Notes: generated from the sequence alone by a model not told the origin. Numbered from the stretch's first letter, positions 48,766 through 58,284 are shown. The stretch is 64,000 nt of DNA from Candidatus Levybacteria bacterium RIFCSPHIGHO2_01_FULL_36_15b (GCA_001782045.1 MFNK01000003.1:26070-90069); one strand, 5' to 3'. Translations and numbers: made by a program.

Positions 48766-48790
48766 CTTGTTCCTTGGAACAAGGTTTAAT
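48762..48790 (+). promoter_or_regulatory. Promoter with perfect 8-bp palindromic operator
   Basis: TTGACT-17bp-TTTAAT overlapping CTTGTTCC-TT-GGAACAAG. Confidence 0.55.
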
Positions 48791-48807
48791 TATATTGGAG
48801 GTGAAAT

Positions 48808-48948
48808 ATGGGAAGTTTTGGCGGATTTTATAAGGGCGACAAAAAAAAGCCTAAAAAAGATAATAAAAATAAAAATCAAAGTTTCGGATTGACTTCTCCA
48901 GAATATGTCATGCCCGAGATTATCTCCAAAAAGAAGAAAGACTATTAA
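48808..48948 (+). CDS. Small basic protein (46 aa)
   Basis: GGAGGTGA SD; MGSFGGFYKGDKKKPKK...PEIISKKKKDY. Confidence 0.7.
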   Translation: MGSFGGFYKGDKKKPKKDNKNKNQSFGLTSPEYVMPEIISKKKKDY

Positions 48949-48953
48949 CTTTT

Positions 48954-49706
48954 ATGAAGCATCGGAGAAAAAAAGAGCCTAAAAACAGTTTAAATTTGGC
49001 AGTATTATTTTTAGTTGTTTTTTTATTTTTCATATTTGTTTCAGTTTGCTTTAAGGTTTTTTATTTAATAAAAGATAGTAATTTTGACGGTTCTAATTCA
49101 TATAATTTAGAATTTGTAAGTTCGGATAGGTCTTATTTTGTTTCTTTTTCTCCTCAAGAAAAATCACTTTCTATTCTTAAGGCGGAAAAAGAGGCTAAAG
49201 TTTTAGCACCGGTGGATGGAACAATTGATACCGATCTAGATAATACTAAGATAGTATCTACCCTGTTTAAGCAGCTTTTTACTCCTGCGTCGCATAAAAA
49301 TATAACAATAATAGACTTAACAAGGCTTGCATTATTTTCTAAAACTGTTCCAAGATCTTCTATTATTGAACGTACTTTTTTAGGTATTAATGATAGTAGG
49401 GCAACTTTTAAAGATCCTAAAATTATAAACGAGGCAAAGAGTATAGAAATTATTAATGCAACCGATATTGCAGGACTTGGAAATAAGCTTGCTGTTTTTA
49501 TTTCAAATATGGGAGGAAATGTAATACTGGTCAAAACAGAAGAACCTAAGCAAAACTCAAAAATTATTTACTATGGTGAAAAAACCTATACTTTAACCCG
49601 GATAAACAAATTTTTAAAGTATGAAGTTACTCCCTCAACCAAGAGAGAAGTGGCAGATGTTATAATCGTGATAGGAAAAGACGGATTAAAGGAGTTGGAC
49701 TTTTAA
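48954..49706 (+). CDS. LytR C-terminal domain membrane protein
   Basis: TM helix; IEIINAT...GLG, DVIIVIGKD. Confidence 0.8.
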   Translation: MKHRRKKEPKNSLNLAVLFLVVFLFFIFVSVCFKVFYLIKDSNFDGSNSYNLEFVSSDRSYFVSFSPQEKSLSILKAEKEAKVLAPVDGTIDTDLDNTKIVSTLFKQLFTPASHKNITIIDLTRLALFSKTVPRSSIIERTFLGINDSRATFKDPKIINEAKSIEIINATDIAGLGNKLAVFISNMGGNVILVKTEEPKQNSKIIYYGEKTYTLTRINKFLKYEVTPSTKREVADVIIVIGKDGLKELDF

Positions 49707-49707
49707 T

Positions 49708-49860
49708 ATGTTTTATGCAATTTTATTTTTAATTTTTGTAATTTCATTATTACTGGCCTTGCATTCTGCAAAAAGGTTGGGGGAGAAGCCTTCGATAAAA
49801 GATGTAAAAAAGAGTTTAGATAAAGATAGGGTAATTTTTAAAAGTCATTCTTCTTCTTGA
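49708..49860 (+). CDS. Small membrane protein (50 aa)
   Basis: ATG right after the previous stop; N-terminal TM helix. Confidence 0.55.
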   Translation: MFYAILFLIFVISLLLALHSAKRLGEKPSIKDVKKSLDKDRVIFKSHSSS

Positions 49861-50549
49861 CTTGCATCTTCTAAATCTTGTAAATCTTCAGTTTCATATT
49901 TTTCTTTTGATCTTAAGCTTCTTTGTTTTGCAGAAAAAAGTGCTGAATCCAAAGTAGAAATAAATGATGGTTGATCTTTAAATCTTGCCGATTTCTTAAC
50001 CTCTCTAATAAAAATTGCAACCTTATGCGGGCTTGCTGATTTAACAAAAGCTTCGTAAATCCCGTTTGCTTTAATAAACTTAATAAGTCTTTTTCCAATA
50101 TCATCAGGAAGTACTCCAATATACTGTTTATTGTCTAGAACAAATAGTTTAAACCTTTTTACAGAAAGTTCCAAAAGTAGGCCGGTTCTTAGCCTTTCTA
50201 TAATTTGGGGCTGGGCAATATTTATTAACTCAATAACCTTAGTCTTTCCCGGTTGTTCCAGGAAATGATTATTAATTTTGTATGATTTAGGAATAGCGGG
50301 AATAGTCTTTTTGTCTTTAAGCTTATTTAGACTTCTTTGTGCAATAGGATTTAGAGGATCAAGCTTTATTACCTTTTGATACATGCTTTTTGCGTCTTTT
50401 GTTTTACCGACAATCAAGTATGCTAAAGCTAAACGGTTTAGAGCATCTATATCATTTGGGTCTTCTTTTATTAGGTTTTTGTTTAAAACTATTGCGTTTT
50501 GCCAGTCTCCGGAAAGTGCAGTTTGGATGGCTTGGTTTTTTAATGACAT
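49845..50549 (-). CDS. Tetratricopeptide repeat protein
   Basis: DPNDIDALNRLA..Y..V..LDP.N.IA; FLEQPGKTK. Confidence 0.8.
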   Translation of the reverse strand: MSLKNQAIQTALSGDWQNAIVLNKNLIKEDPNDIDALNRLALAYLIVGKTKDAKSMYQKVIKLDPLNPIAQRSLNKLKDKKTIPAIPKSYKINNHFLEQPGKTKVIELINIAQPQIIERLRTGLLLELSVKRFKLFVLDNKQYIGVLPDDIGKRLIKFIKANGIYEAFVKSASPHKVAIFIREVKKSARFKDQPSFISTLDSALFSAKQRSLRSKEKYETEDLQDLEDASQEEE

Positions 50550-50593
50550 TTTAATGAAAAATTGTACGTGCATTTATTGCAAAAGTCAAGGAG

Positions 50594-51046
50594 CTATTCA
50601 AGGGGCTGAAGTAATCTTTCTCTCATATATTGAGGGATAGGGGTCTTAAATTGGGCTATCGGATCAAAAGTCACAACAACCAAATCTTGCTCGGCTACAA
50701 TTCTATTTCCCAATCTCATCTCCTGATGGAAAGACATACTCGAGTCACGAACTCCTCCCTCAGGTATTGTTGTAGAAATTACTGGTTTGTCATCTTTTTT
50801 TAATTCAGCACGATATGTTACTTTTATGCTTACTACCGGAAACTTTAAGCCAGTTACTTTTTCCATTTGCATGAACCCTATGCCGCGTCTGCTCATGTAA
50901 TCATCTTGCCCTCTTTCGAATAATTTAGGAAACCTTTTGTAATTTACATGACCATACCTATCGATAAAATTTTTAGGAACATTAATTTCCGTTAATTGTA
51001 CGGGATTTGTTGAATTAGGCAAATCAATTTCGCGTATTGAACTCAT
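50594..51046 (-). CDS. Acyl-CoA thioesterase (hotdog fold, YbgC/FadM-like)
   Basis: IDRYGHVNY..F...FE. Confidence 0.8.
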   Translation of the reverse strand: MSSIREIDLPNSTNPVQLTEINVPKNFIDRYGHVNYKRFPKLFERGQDDYMSRRGIGFMQMEKVTGLKFPVVSIKVTYRAELKKDDKPVISTTIPEGGVRDSSMSFHQEMRLGNRIVAEQDLVVVTFDPIAQFKTPIPQYMRERLLQPLE

Positions 51047-51105
51047 GCGCGAACTATAATCTTAAGAAGCTCAAAAGTCAAATTTTTGTTATAATTATCA
51101 GTTGT

Positions 51106-51828
51106 ATGAGTGGACATTCTAAGTGGTCGACAATTAAGCGTCAAAAAGGCCTAAAAGACCAAAAAAGAGGACAAACATTTACCAAGCTAGCAAATGCAAT
51201 TACCATTGCGGTTAAACAGGGTGGTTTAATTGGTGATCCGGAACAAAATTTTCATCTTAGACTTGCGATTGATGCAGCAAGAGCTGCAAACATGCCCAAA
51301 GAAAATATAGAACGCGCAATTAATAGGGCAATGGGCAAAGAAGGTGGAGATTTAGAAGAAGTAGTTTACGAAGGATTTGCACCCGGTGGGGTATCAATAA
51401 TTATTGAAGCTGCAACAGATAATGCTTCCAGAACAACAGCTGAGGTAAAAAGTATTTTTAATAAAAACTCTGCTTCTTTCGGTCAGCCCGGGTCTGTAGC
51501 CTACCAATTCAACAGGGTAGGAAGAATTGTCGTTTTGAAGGGAAGTAGCTCTTTTGACGAAATATTTAACGTAGCACTTGATGCTGGGGCAGAGGACATA
51601 GATGAAGCAGGGGATGAAGTGCTAATTTATACAAAATATTCGGATCTTTCTAGGGTAAGAGCAAAGATAGAAGAAGCAGGAATTTCAATTGTAGAAGCAG
51701 GCGCCGTAAGAGAGCCACAAATAAAAATGGAAGTAAGCGATCAAGCGCTGCTAGAAAAGATAGAAAACTTTGTGGAACTTTTAGAGGGACTTGATGATGT
51801 TTTAAAAGTATATACTAATTTAGCATGA
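51106..51828 (+). CDS. yebC: YebC/PmpR family protein
   Basis: MSGHSKWSTIK, YEGFAPGG, TDN..RT. Confidence 0.95.
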   Translation: MSGHSKWSTIKRQKGLKDQKRGQTFTKLANAITIAVKQGGLIGDPEQNFHLRLAIDAARAANMPKENIERAINRAMGKEGGDLEEVVYEGFAPGGVSIIIEAATDNASRTTAEVKSIFNKNSASFGQPGSVAYQFNRVGRIVVLKGSSSFDEIFNVALDAGAEDIDEAGDEVLIYTKYSDLSRVRAKIEEAGISIVEAGAVREPQIKMEVSDQALLEKIENFVELLEGLDDVLKVYTNLA

Positions 51829-52634
51829 GTAACTTTGCAGCCAAGCTTAGAAAGTTTCTTCGTTTTTTTATAAATAAAAGACAAAAATTTATTGCTTTCA
51901 CTTTTATTTTATCCGTTGTGTTATTTATCTCAGAGTATGTATTAGGTAAATCGGCAGTTGTTATGATTTTTGGGGTAGCAACACTAAGTTCTTTGTTTTT
52001 ATATTTTTCTCTAAGAGAGGATTTGAAAGAAAATTTTTCTCCACAGGTACTGATTTTGCCGTTTTTTTATAGTTTGGCAATAGGATTATTTTATCTTCTT
52101 GTTCCCGCAAGATTTTTAACTAGGGTAGGGATGACCTTTTTGTATGCGCTTGGACTTTATTCTCTGTTTTTAAGCCAAAATATATTTATAGTTTCAGCTA
52201 TAAGAACGATCCAGTTATTATCTGGAGCAAGAACAGTTTCGTTGGTTTTAACGCTATTATCTTACTTTTTTTTATCTAATGTAGTGTTTTCTCTTCATCT
52301 TAATTTCTTTTTTACGATAATTCTCGTTTTTCTTTATTCATTTCCACTTGTGTTACAATCTGTGTGGACTTATACACTTGAAAAGAATATATTTTCGCAA
52401 GTTTTTTGGGTAAGTACTTTAACTGTTTGCTTGGTAGAGGTTGCCGCATTTCTCTGGTTTAACTTAAGCACGCCTACTGTGATTGCACTTTTTCTTACTT
52501 CAATATTTTATGTTACCCTAGGGCTCTCTCATGCTTGGATAGAGAGGAGACTTTTTAGAAGCGTAATTCTTGAATATTTCTGGGTAACTGCAGTATCTTT
52601 TATTTTTTTAATTTTTTTCTCAAGCTGGTTTTAA
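51825..52634 (+). CDS. Multi-pass membrane protein (DUF5656-like)
   Basis: About 9 TM helices; NIF.VS.IRTIQLL. Confidence 0.7.
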   Translation: MSNFAAKLRKFLRFFINKRQKFIAFTFILSVVLFISEYVLGKSAVVMIFGVATLSSLFLYFSLREDLKENFSPQVLILPFFYSLAIGLFYLLVPARFLTRVGMTFLYALGLYSLFLSQNIFIVSAIRTIQLLSGARTVSLVLTLLSYFFLSNVVFSLHLNFFFTIILVFLYSFPLVLQSVWTYTLEKNIFSQVFWVSTLTVCLVEVAAFLWFNLSTPTVIALFLTSIFYVTLGLSHAWIERRLFRSVILEYFWVTAVSFIFLIFFSSWF

Positions 52635-52698
52635 AAAATTAATGGTGGTTAGTTAAGAGGAGGGAAGTGGAGTGATATCATCTTCGGGAATTTAAACT

Positions 52699-52711
52699 AT
52701 TTAGCCTCAAA
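52699..52711. repeat. 13-bp inverted repeat, left arm
   Basis: ATTTAGCCTCAAA; exact reverse complement at 53377-53389. Confidence 0.7.
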
Positions 52712-53181
52712 TGATATAGTTTGATACATAACACTTAAATTATTATAGGACTTTAATGTGGATAAATTTTCAATTATTGCTTAAGTTTTCACACCAAAAA
52801 CGATTGACTATGTACACTTTTCACGACAAAGCACCTCTCATTCTCTTGTAGCTGTAAGCCATATAACATTATTTGTTCTCATGTCGAAAAAAATACGAAT
52901 GTTAACGACTCTGCGCTCTATTAGCATCTATGCTCTAAATTATATAAATTCGAGCTCAAATTATATTGTTTAGATTGATTTTACAATCTAAATTTAACCT
53001 ATGTCAGTAATGAGTGTAGTAGTGGCAAAACACGAGAATAAAGAATATATAAAACTAATTATTCAAAAATAAAAGAGTCGTACAACTTAATAGCTAAGAG
53101 AGAATAGAGGTCTTTACAGTTCTCTAGAAGTGGCAGTATTAAAAAACGACATAGAATAACGGTAGGAAAGCGAAATGCCTT

Positions 53182-53209
53182 ATGTCGCACAATAATACTT
53201 TTACGACGT
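53182..53209. other. Putative dif-like Xer recombination site
   Basis: 11-6-11 layout ATGTCGCACAA-TAATAC-TTTTACGACGT with quasi-palindromic arms; Xer gene 3.3 kb away. Confidence 0.55.
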
Positions 53210-53376
53210 ACGCTAGACTCAAAGCCTGGGAGAAGTGCTTCTAAATTAAATTAAATTTGCTGAATAATATTTACATTTCTACATCTCCTGTTATTTTTCC
53301 CATTTATATACACTATTTTTATTTTTATGGATAAATTTTCCGCTCCCCTACTATGGGTTTGTTAATACAAATATTT

Positions 53377-53398
53377 TTTGAGGCTAAATGAGGCTAAA
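53377..53398. repeat. 13-bp inverted repeat right arm within tandem TGAGGCTAAA x2
   Basis: TTTGAGGCTAAATGAGGCTAAA. Confidence 0.7.
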
Positions 53399-53457
53399 AT
53401 TTTAATTACTATTGTACTTGCCCGAGGCTGTAGTACAATTTGGTATAATCTTTAGGC

Positions 53458-54234
53458 ATGAATAGCTATTCTATAGGAATACTTGATTCTGGGCTTGGTG
53501 GTCTTTCTATTGCCAAAGAAATAAAAAAACTAATGTCCAATCATTCCATAGTTTACTTTGGAGACTCGGCAAATGTTCCATATTCGACAAAATCGGAAGT
53601 AGAAGTCTATAGGTTATCCAAAAAAGCAATTGAGTTTCTTTTAGCAAAAAGAGCAAAGATTATTGTTATTGCATGTAATACAATTACCGTAGTCGCAATA
53701 GACAGGCTTAGAAAAAATTTTCCCAAAACGACAATAGTTGGAACAGTGCCAGTAATAAAAACCGCAGTAAGTATAACCAAGAGCGGCAAAATCGGTATAT
53801 TCTCAACTAAAAAGACTGCCGAAAGTATTTATCAAAAACAACTAATTAAAAAATTTGCCAAAGGATATAGCGTTTTAAACTTGGGTTCCAATGAAATAGT
53901 TCCGTTTATTGAAAGCTCGAACATAAAGCTCAAGAACGTTCTTAAAAAGCAGCTTAAGCCTTTTAAAGAACACGGGGTGGATGTACTCGCTTTGGGTTGT
54001 ACACATTTCCCTTTAATAAAAAATCACATAGAGAAAATTATGGGTTCGAAAGTTAGCGTAATTGATTCAGGAGCGGCTGTTGCAAGACAAGTCAGGAGAA
54101 TATTGGAAGGAAGTAATACCTTATCTAAAAGTTCAGCTGAAGATATTTTTTATACGAGTGGAGATATTAGTCAAATGGAAAAATTTGTTAAGCAGTTAAA
54201 GCTTTCAGGAGATGTCAAGAAAATTAGCGATTAG
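53458..54234 (+). CDS. murI: Glutamate racemase
   Basis: DSGLGGLS, ACNT, LGCTHFP. Confidence 0.94.
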   Translation: MNSYSIGILDSGLGGLSIAKEIKKLMSNHSIVYFGDSANVPYSTKSEVEVYRLSKKAIEFLLAKRAKIIVIACNTITVVAIDRLRKNFPKTTIVGTVPVIKTAVSITKSGKIGIFSTKKTAESIYQKQLIKKFAKGYSVLNLGSNEIVPFIESSNIKLKNVLKKQLKPFKEHGVDVLALGCTHFPLIKNHIEKIMGSKVSVIDSGAAVARQVRRILEGSNTLSKSSAEDIFYTSGDISQMEKFVKQLKLSGDVKKISD

Positions 54235-54916
54235 AAACAACAGTCGTTTTGTTGAAGTTATTTAGCTCATTTGAGCCAGTAAAAAGATCTAAAGATGTGG
54301 TGTCGCCATAGTCTTGTATATTAATATATTCTGACGTTTGGTTACTCATGCTTATATAACCCAAGACATCGTTATTATTGTTATCGGAAAAAGTTAAGAC
54401 TAGCCAGTTTTGATTTGGAGCATATGCTGAGGTTTGATCAGCATTGTCGTCTGAAACTGTAATATAATTTTCTATTTGCAAAGACGTTCCTTCAGGATTA
54501 AATTGGAATGGCACACCGTTAACTCTAGGATAGCTCAAGGCATCTGTAAAAACATTGAAGTTTTGCTCATCGTTTCCGACAATACTGTCCGTTCGAATGT
54601 GTGGAAAAATTTCGTTTCTTGACTGCCTAAAAAATATAGATAAGTTTCCTCCTTTGTGAACCTTGGCATCTGGGTGTTGCTCTAGAAGTTTTGAATAAAT
54701 CTCTGGATTCAGCGTTTCTGTTGCAGCGGGTGTATTTGGAGCTTGGTCAGCAGAGCTTTGTTGAGCGCCAATAGCATATCCAGATAGGGCGGCTGCTGCA
54801 GCAAGCACGGAAGTCATTAATGCTCTTCTTACCGATATGGACCCCCTTTGTCGCTCCCTTTTGCTGCTCTCTTTAGAAGTTTGTATGACTTGCGGTTGTT
54901 CTTTATTGTCATCCAT
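54224..54916 (-). CDS. Membrane-anchored hypothetical protein
   Basis: RR followed by a hydrophobic helix and a soluble domain. Confidence 0.7.
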   Translation of the reverse strand: MDDNKEQPQVIQTSKESSKRERQRGSISVRRALMTSVLAAAAALSGYAIGAQQSSADQAPNTPAATETLNPEIYSKLLEQHPDAKVHKGGNLSIFFRQSRNEIFPHIRTDSIVGNDEQNFNVFTDALSYPRVNGVPFQFNPEGTSLQIENYITVSDDNADQTSAYAPNQNWLVLTFSDNNNNDVLGYISMSNQTSEYINIQDYGDTTSLDLFTGSNELNNFNKTTVVSNR

Positions 54917-54928
54917 AAAATTAGCTTA

Positions 54929-56356
54929 TCATTGCGTGATAAATTTATCAATTATAAGTTTTTCTAAATCCTGGTTATAACCGTCATATCCAAGTGCCCA
55001 AACTCCAACTCCTGCAAGTTCTTTTTTATTTATAAAATCGTATTTAACCCCAAGAGAGCGTACATTATCAAAATGCACAATTCTAGCCTGTCCGTTTTCG
55101 TTATAAGAGTAGTAGGGCGTTTGGGATTCTTCGTTCCAGCTTATTTTTATATTCTGGCTTGCATCGGCAATTTCGGCGTAAGGTAAAATTTTAACCTTGT
55201 TTTCGGGGTTTTCTGTATTTTGTTCCGGCCAGTCATATCCGTAATATGGAACTGCCAATATTAATTTTTGGGGATCTGTCTTTTCTAAATAATTCTGAAC
55301 GTAGGCAATTATGTTGGTTTCTCCTCCCATTGCAGCTACAGGACCTGCTCCGCCCAGCGGCGTGTGCATGTCATACCCCATTATTACAAAATAATCCAGA
55401 TTTGAAGCAAGTGCTCCAATATCAAACAAATCAAGCTTGCCTCCCGAAACAAGATATGTATCTATAGATAGTGTTGAATCCGGAATTTGCCTTTTTAATT
55501 CACCGTTTAAGCTAGCAATCAATTTACTAAATCCGTTTCTTACATTCTCGTTTGGTCCTCCAACGTATTCGAAATCGATATTAATTCCGTCCAGATTTTT
55601 GGAGTTAACTAAAAACAGCGCATTTGAAATAAAAGCTTGTTGGTAAGTTTCGTTTAGGGACAATTTTTCTATGTCCTCGTTATTAAATGATTTAAAAGTT
55701 AAATATACTTTTACCTTAGATTTTTTTGCCTTTTGAATAAATTCATCTAGTCTTTGGTCCTTCCACATTTCCCAGCCTGGATCCGCACCTTCTCCCGTAA
55801 CCTTAGCGATCTCCCCCCTACCAGTGACAGTAAGTCCGAATAGTGAAACAGATGATAAATAAGAAACATTTATTTTATCTTGTTTGTCTAGCATCCAATA
55901 AGGAAAAAATCCTAGTACCTCTTTCTTAGGCCTCCCTGAAACTACCAACTTTGACGTTTCCTTTGAGGGAATAGAAAATACCTTTTCCGAGTCAACTTCT
56001 CTTGTGCTGGCATATACAACGGGAAATGGGTTATGTTCAAAAGCTTGTTTTTTAGCCAAATTTGTATTACTTAGAGTAACATTTTTTGGTTCGGTGAAAA
56101 GCAGCGTTTGTATTAGTGAAATATAAAAAATGGAAAAAACAAGTACGCCAAGAGCAATAAGAATATTTTTTTTGGTTACTTTAGGTATCCTTTGTTTTCT
56201 GGGCTTTTCTCCTTCAAGCTCTCTTATTGCTTCTTCAAATTCCTCTTCCGTCGCGCCCATAAGCATTGCATCGCGTTTTATTTCGTCCAGGGCTGTTTTA
56301 TACTCGCTCTTTTTTAAGATTTTTTCTTTAATTACTTCTATATATTTGTCTCTCAT
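54929..56356 (-). CDS. Membrane-anchored glycoside hydrolase family 18 protein
   Basis: LDGINIDFEY, IMGYD, PYYG, GVGVWALG. Confidence 0.88.
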   Translation of the reverse strand: MRDKYIEVIKEKILKKSEYKTALDEIKRDAMLMGATEEEFEEAIRELEGEKPRKQRIPKVTKKNILIALGVLVFSIFYISLIQTLLFTEPKNVTLSNTNLAKKQAFEHNPFPVVYASTREVDSEKVFSIPSKETSKLVVSGRPKKEVLGFFPYWMLDKQDKINVSYLSSVSLFGLTVTGRGEIAKVTGEGADPGWEMWKDQRLDEFIQKAKKSKVKVYLTFKSFNNEDIEKLSLNETYQQAFISNALFLVNSKNLDGINIDFEYVGGPNENVRNGFSKLIASLNGELKRQIPDSTLSIDTYLVSGGKLDLFDIGALASNLDYFVIMGYDMHTPLGGAGPVAAMGGETNIIAYVQNYLEKTDPQKLILAVPYYGYDWPEQNTENPENKVKILPYAEIADASQNIKISWNEESQTPYYSYNENGQARIVHFDNVRSLGVKYDFINKKELAGVGVWALGYDGYNQDLEKLIIDKFITQ

Positions 56357-56484
56357 TAGATATATTTAGTATGCGGGATTTTGTGCTCGTGTGTCAATAT
56401 TTGACATGTACATTTTTTTCATTCATACTGAACTTAGCGTCGTAGATTATTTCAAGATTTGAACTTAGAAAGCGTCGCACATTA

Positions 56485-57402
56485 ATGAATGAACTGTCCG
56501 GGCTTATAGATCAATTTTTGGAATATCTCGAAATAGAGCGCAACTGTTCTAAACTAACAATCCGCGATTATAGACATTACCTGGAAACCTTTAATAAATG
56601 GTACGCTGAAAAAAATATCGAAGATTTGGATTTGGCAACTGTTAGAAAATACAGGGTTTTTCTTGCCAACCGCGAAGATAATAAAGGATTAACTTTAAAA
56701 AGAGTAACTCAAAACTATTATGTAATAGCGCTTAGAAGTTTTCTTAGGTTTCTTATAAAGAATGATTTTCAAACTTTAGAGCCATCAAAAATTGATTTGC
56801 CAAAAACAGAAAGCAGAAACTTAAAATTTTTATCAAGCGAACAGATAGATAGATTGGTAACATCTGTTGATACATCAAAGGAAGAAGGATTGAGAGATAG
56901 GGCAATTTTGGAACTCCTCTTCTCCACCGGGCTGCGCGTTTCGGAACTAACAAAGTTAAATCACGAACAAATTAATTTTGAAAGGCGCGAGTTTGGAGTT
57001 ATAGGTAAAGGTTCGCGCTTGCGACTTGTTTTTATTTCAGACAGAGCAGCTGATTGGATTAAGCGATATTTGGACGAACGGAAAGATGTTTTTAAGCCAT
57101 TATTTATTAGGTACAGCGGAAAAGTTGTGGAAGACGATAGCGGAGAAAAAATGAGGCTTACCGCAAGAAGTGTTGAGCGTATAGTTAAAAAATATGTGCG
57201 TTTAGCAAGAATTCCGGTTGATGCTACGGTTCATACCCTAAGGCACAGTTTTGCAACTGATCTTCTGCATAACGGAGCAGATTTAAGAAGTGTACAAGAA
57301 ATGCTTGGGCACAAAAATATTGCAACGACCCAAATTTATACACACATAACAAATCCTCAACTGCGTGATACACACCGTTCCTTCCATAGCGGAAATAAGT
57401 AG
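56485..57402 (+). CDS. xerC: Tyrosine recombinase, XerC/XerD family
   Basis: RDRAILELLFSTGLRVSEL, GKG, HTLRHSFAT, LGH, TTQIYTH. Confidence 0.9.
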   Translation: MNELSGLIDQFLEYLEIERNCSKLTIRDYRHYLETFNKWYAEKNIEDLDLATVRKYRVFLANREDNKGLTLKRVTQNYYVIALRSFLRFLIKNDFQTLEPSKIDLPKTESRNLKFLSSEQIDRLVTSVDTSKEEGLRDRAILELLFSTGLRVSELTKLNHEQINFERREFGVIGKGSRLRLVFISDRAADWIKRYLDERKDVFKPLFIRYSGKVVEDDSGEKMRLTARSVERIVKKYVRLARIPVDATVHTLRHSFATDLLHNGADLRSVQEMLGHKNIATTQIYTHITNPQLRDTHRSFHSGNK

Positions 57403-58284
57403 CTAGGCTTCTTTGGCGTCGAAGAATAAGTAATAAAGTGATAGAATTGGAAAGAATTGAATTGGCCAGAAGATTATCACCATCACCGGAATTTCTAGAA
57501 AGGTAAGTTCCGAAAATGGAACATTCGAATAATGCCAAAAAAGAGCTTTTTGGTTGAAGATCTCCCAAACAAACCCAACAATCCACCCGCCAAGTAATAT
57601 AGAAATTAAGGATATTGGTCTTCCCTGAAAAAAGCTAAAGAAAAAAGAAATATTTTTTCTTTTGTAAACTAAATAATCGAATATAAAACTTAAAGAAATA
57701 CTAGCTAAAAATAAAGGAAGTATCAATGCGACGTCTATTGGTTTTGTAAAATTTATTGATAAGAATTCCTTCAACGTCAGAAAATTAATATTCATTAAAA
57801 GCCACAAGGTTGATAGCACTGCTGTTATTGAGCATAAGTAAAGCATAAACTTCATGAACTGCGAGATGTTAATTTTAGAACTTGGTTTAACAAATCTTGA
57901 CAATACTGCCCTTGTGCCAAGATAAATTTCCACAAAATAAAAAACATAACCAGCCCATCCCGGAATAAGTAAAAGAAAGTACCACCAATAATTCCAGTAA
58001 GGAAAATACCAAAATTTACCCATATAATGAAGATAAAATTCCAAAAAAAACGCAAAAATCACTCCTGCGATACTAAGTTTTGCAAAGGCACCAATAAAAT
58101 TTTTCCTATCAAAAAAGTACGCTATTAATGAATAATTGTTAAGCTTTAAGGATATAAAATCTAGAATAAGGATATTGCCAACAACAAAAATAGCGTGAGC
58201 TATAAGAAGTGTAAAGGCGTTAAGCTGCAAGTACCAATGGATGAATGAAATTAGAGTCAAAGATATTCCTAAAAACAATTTCAC
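57403..58284 (-). CDS. Multi-pass membrane hypothetical protein with internal duplication
   Basis: Two E..n....W.Y motifs (LEFYLHYMGKFWYF; WEIFNQKALFWHY). Confidence 0.7.
   Translation of the reverse strand: MKLFLGISLTLISFIHWYLQLNAFTLLIAHAIFVVGNILILDFISLKLNNYSLIAYFFDRKNFIGAFAKLSIAGVIFAFFLEFYLHYMGKFWYFPYWNYWWYFLLLIPGWAGYVFYFVEIYLGTRAVLSRFVKPSSKINISQFMKFMLYLCSITAVLSTLWLLMNINFLTLKEFLSINFTKPIDVALILPLFLASISLSFIFDYLVYKRKNISFFFSFFQGRPISLISILLGGWIVGFVWEIFNQKALFWHYSNVPFSELTFLEIPVMVIIFWPIQFFPILSLYYLFFDAKEA

Noticed and set aside
52643-52672. MraZ-box or KOPS-like GTGG/GAGG repeats
   Set aside because: Imperfect matches and no mraZ downstream; too weak to call.
52635-53457. CRISPR array or firm oriC call
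   Set aside because: No regularly spaced repeats. Only one perfect DnaA box, and gene orientation converges rather than diverges; oriC is kept only as an alternative.
56485-57402. Tyrosine recombinase as a prophage or integron integrase
   Set aside because: Typical XerC/D length and motifs, no IntI-specific insertion, no phage genes or attC array nearby.
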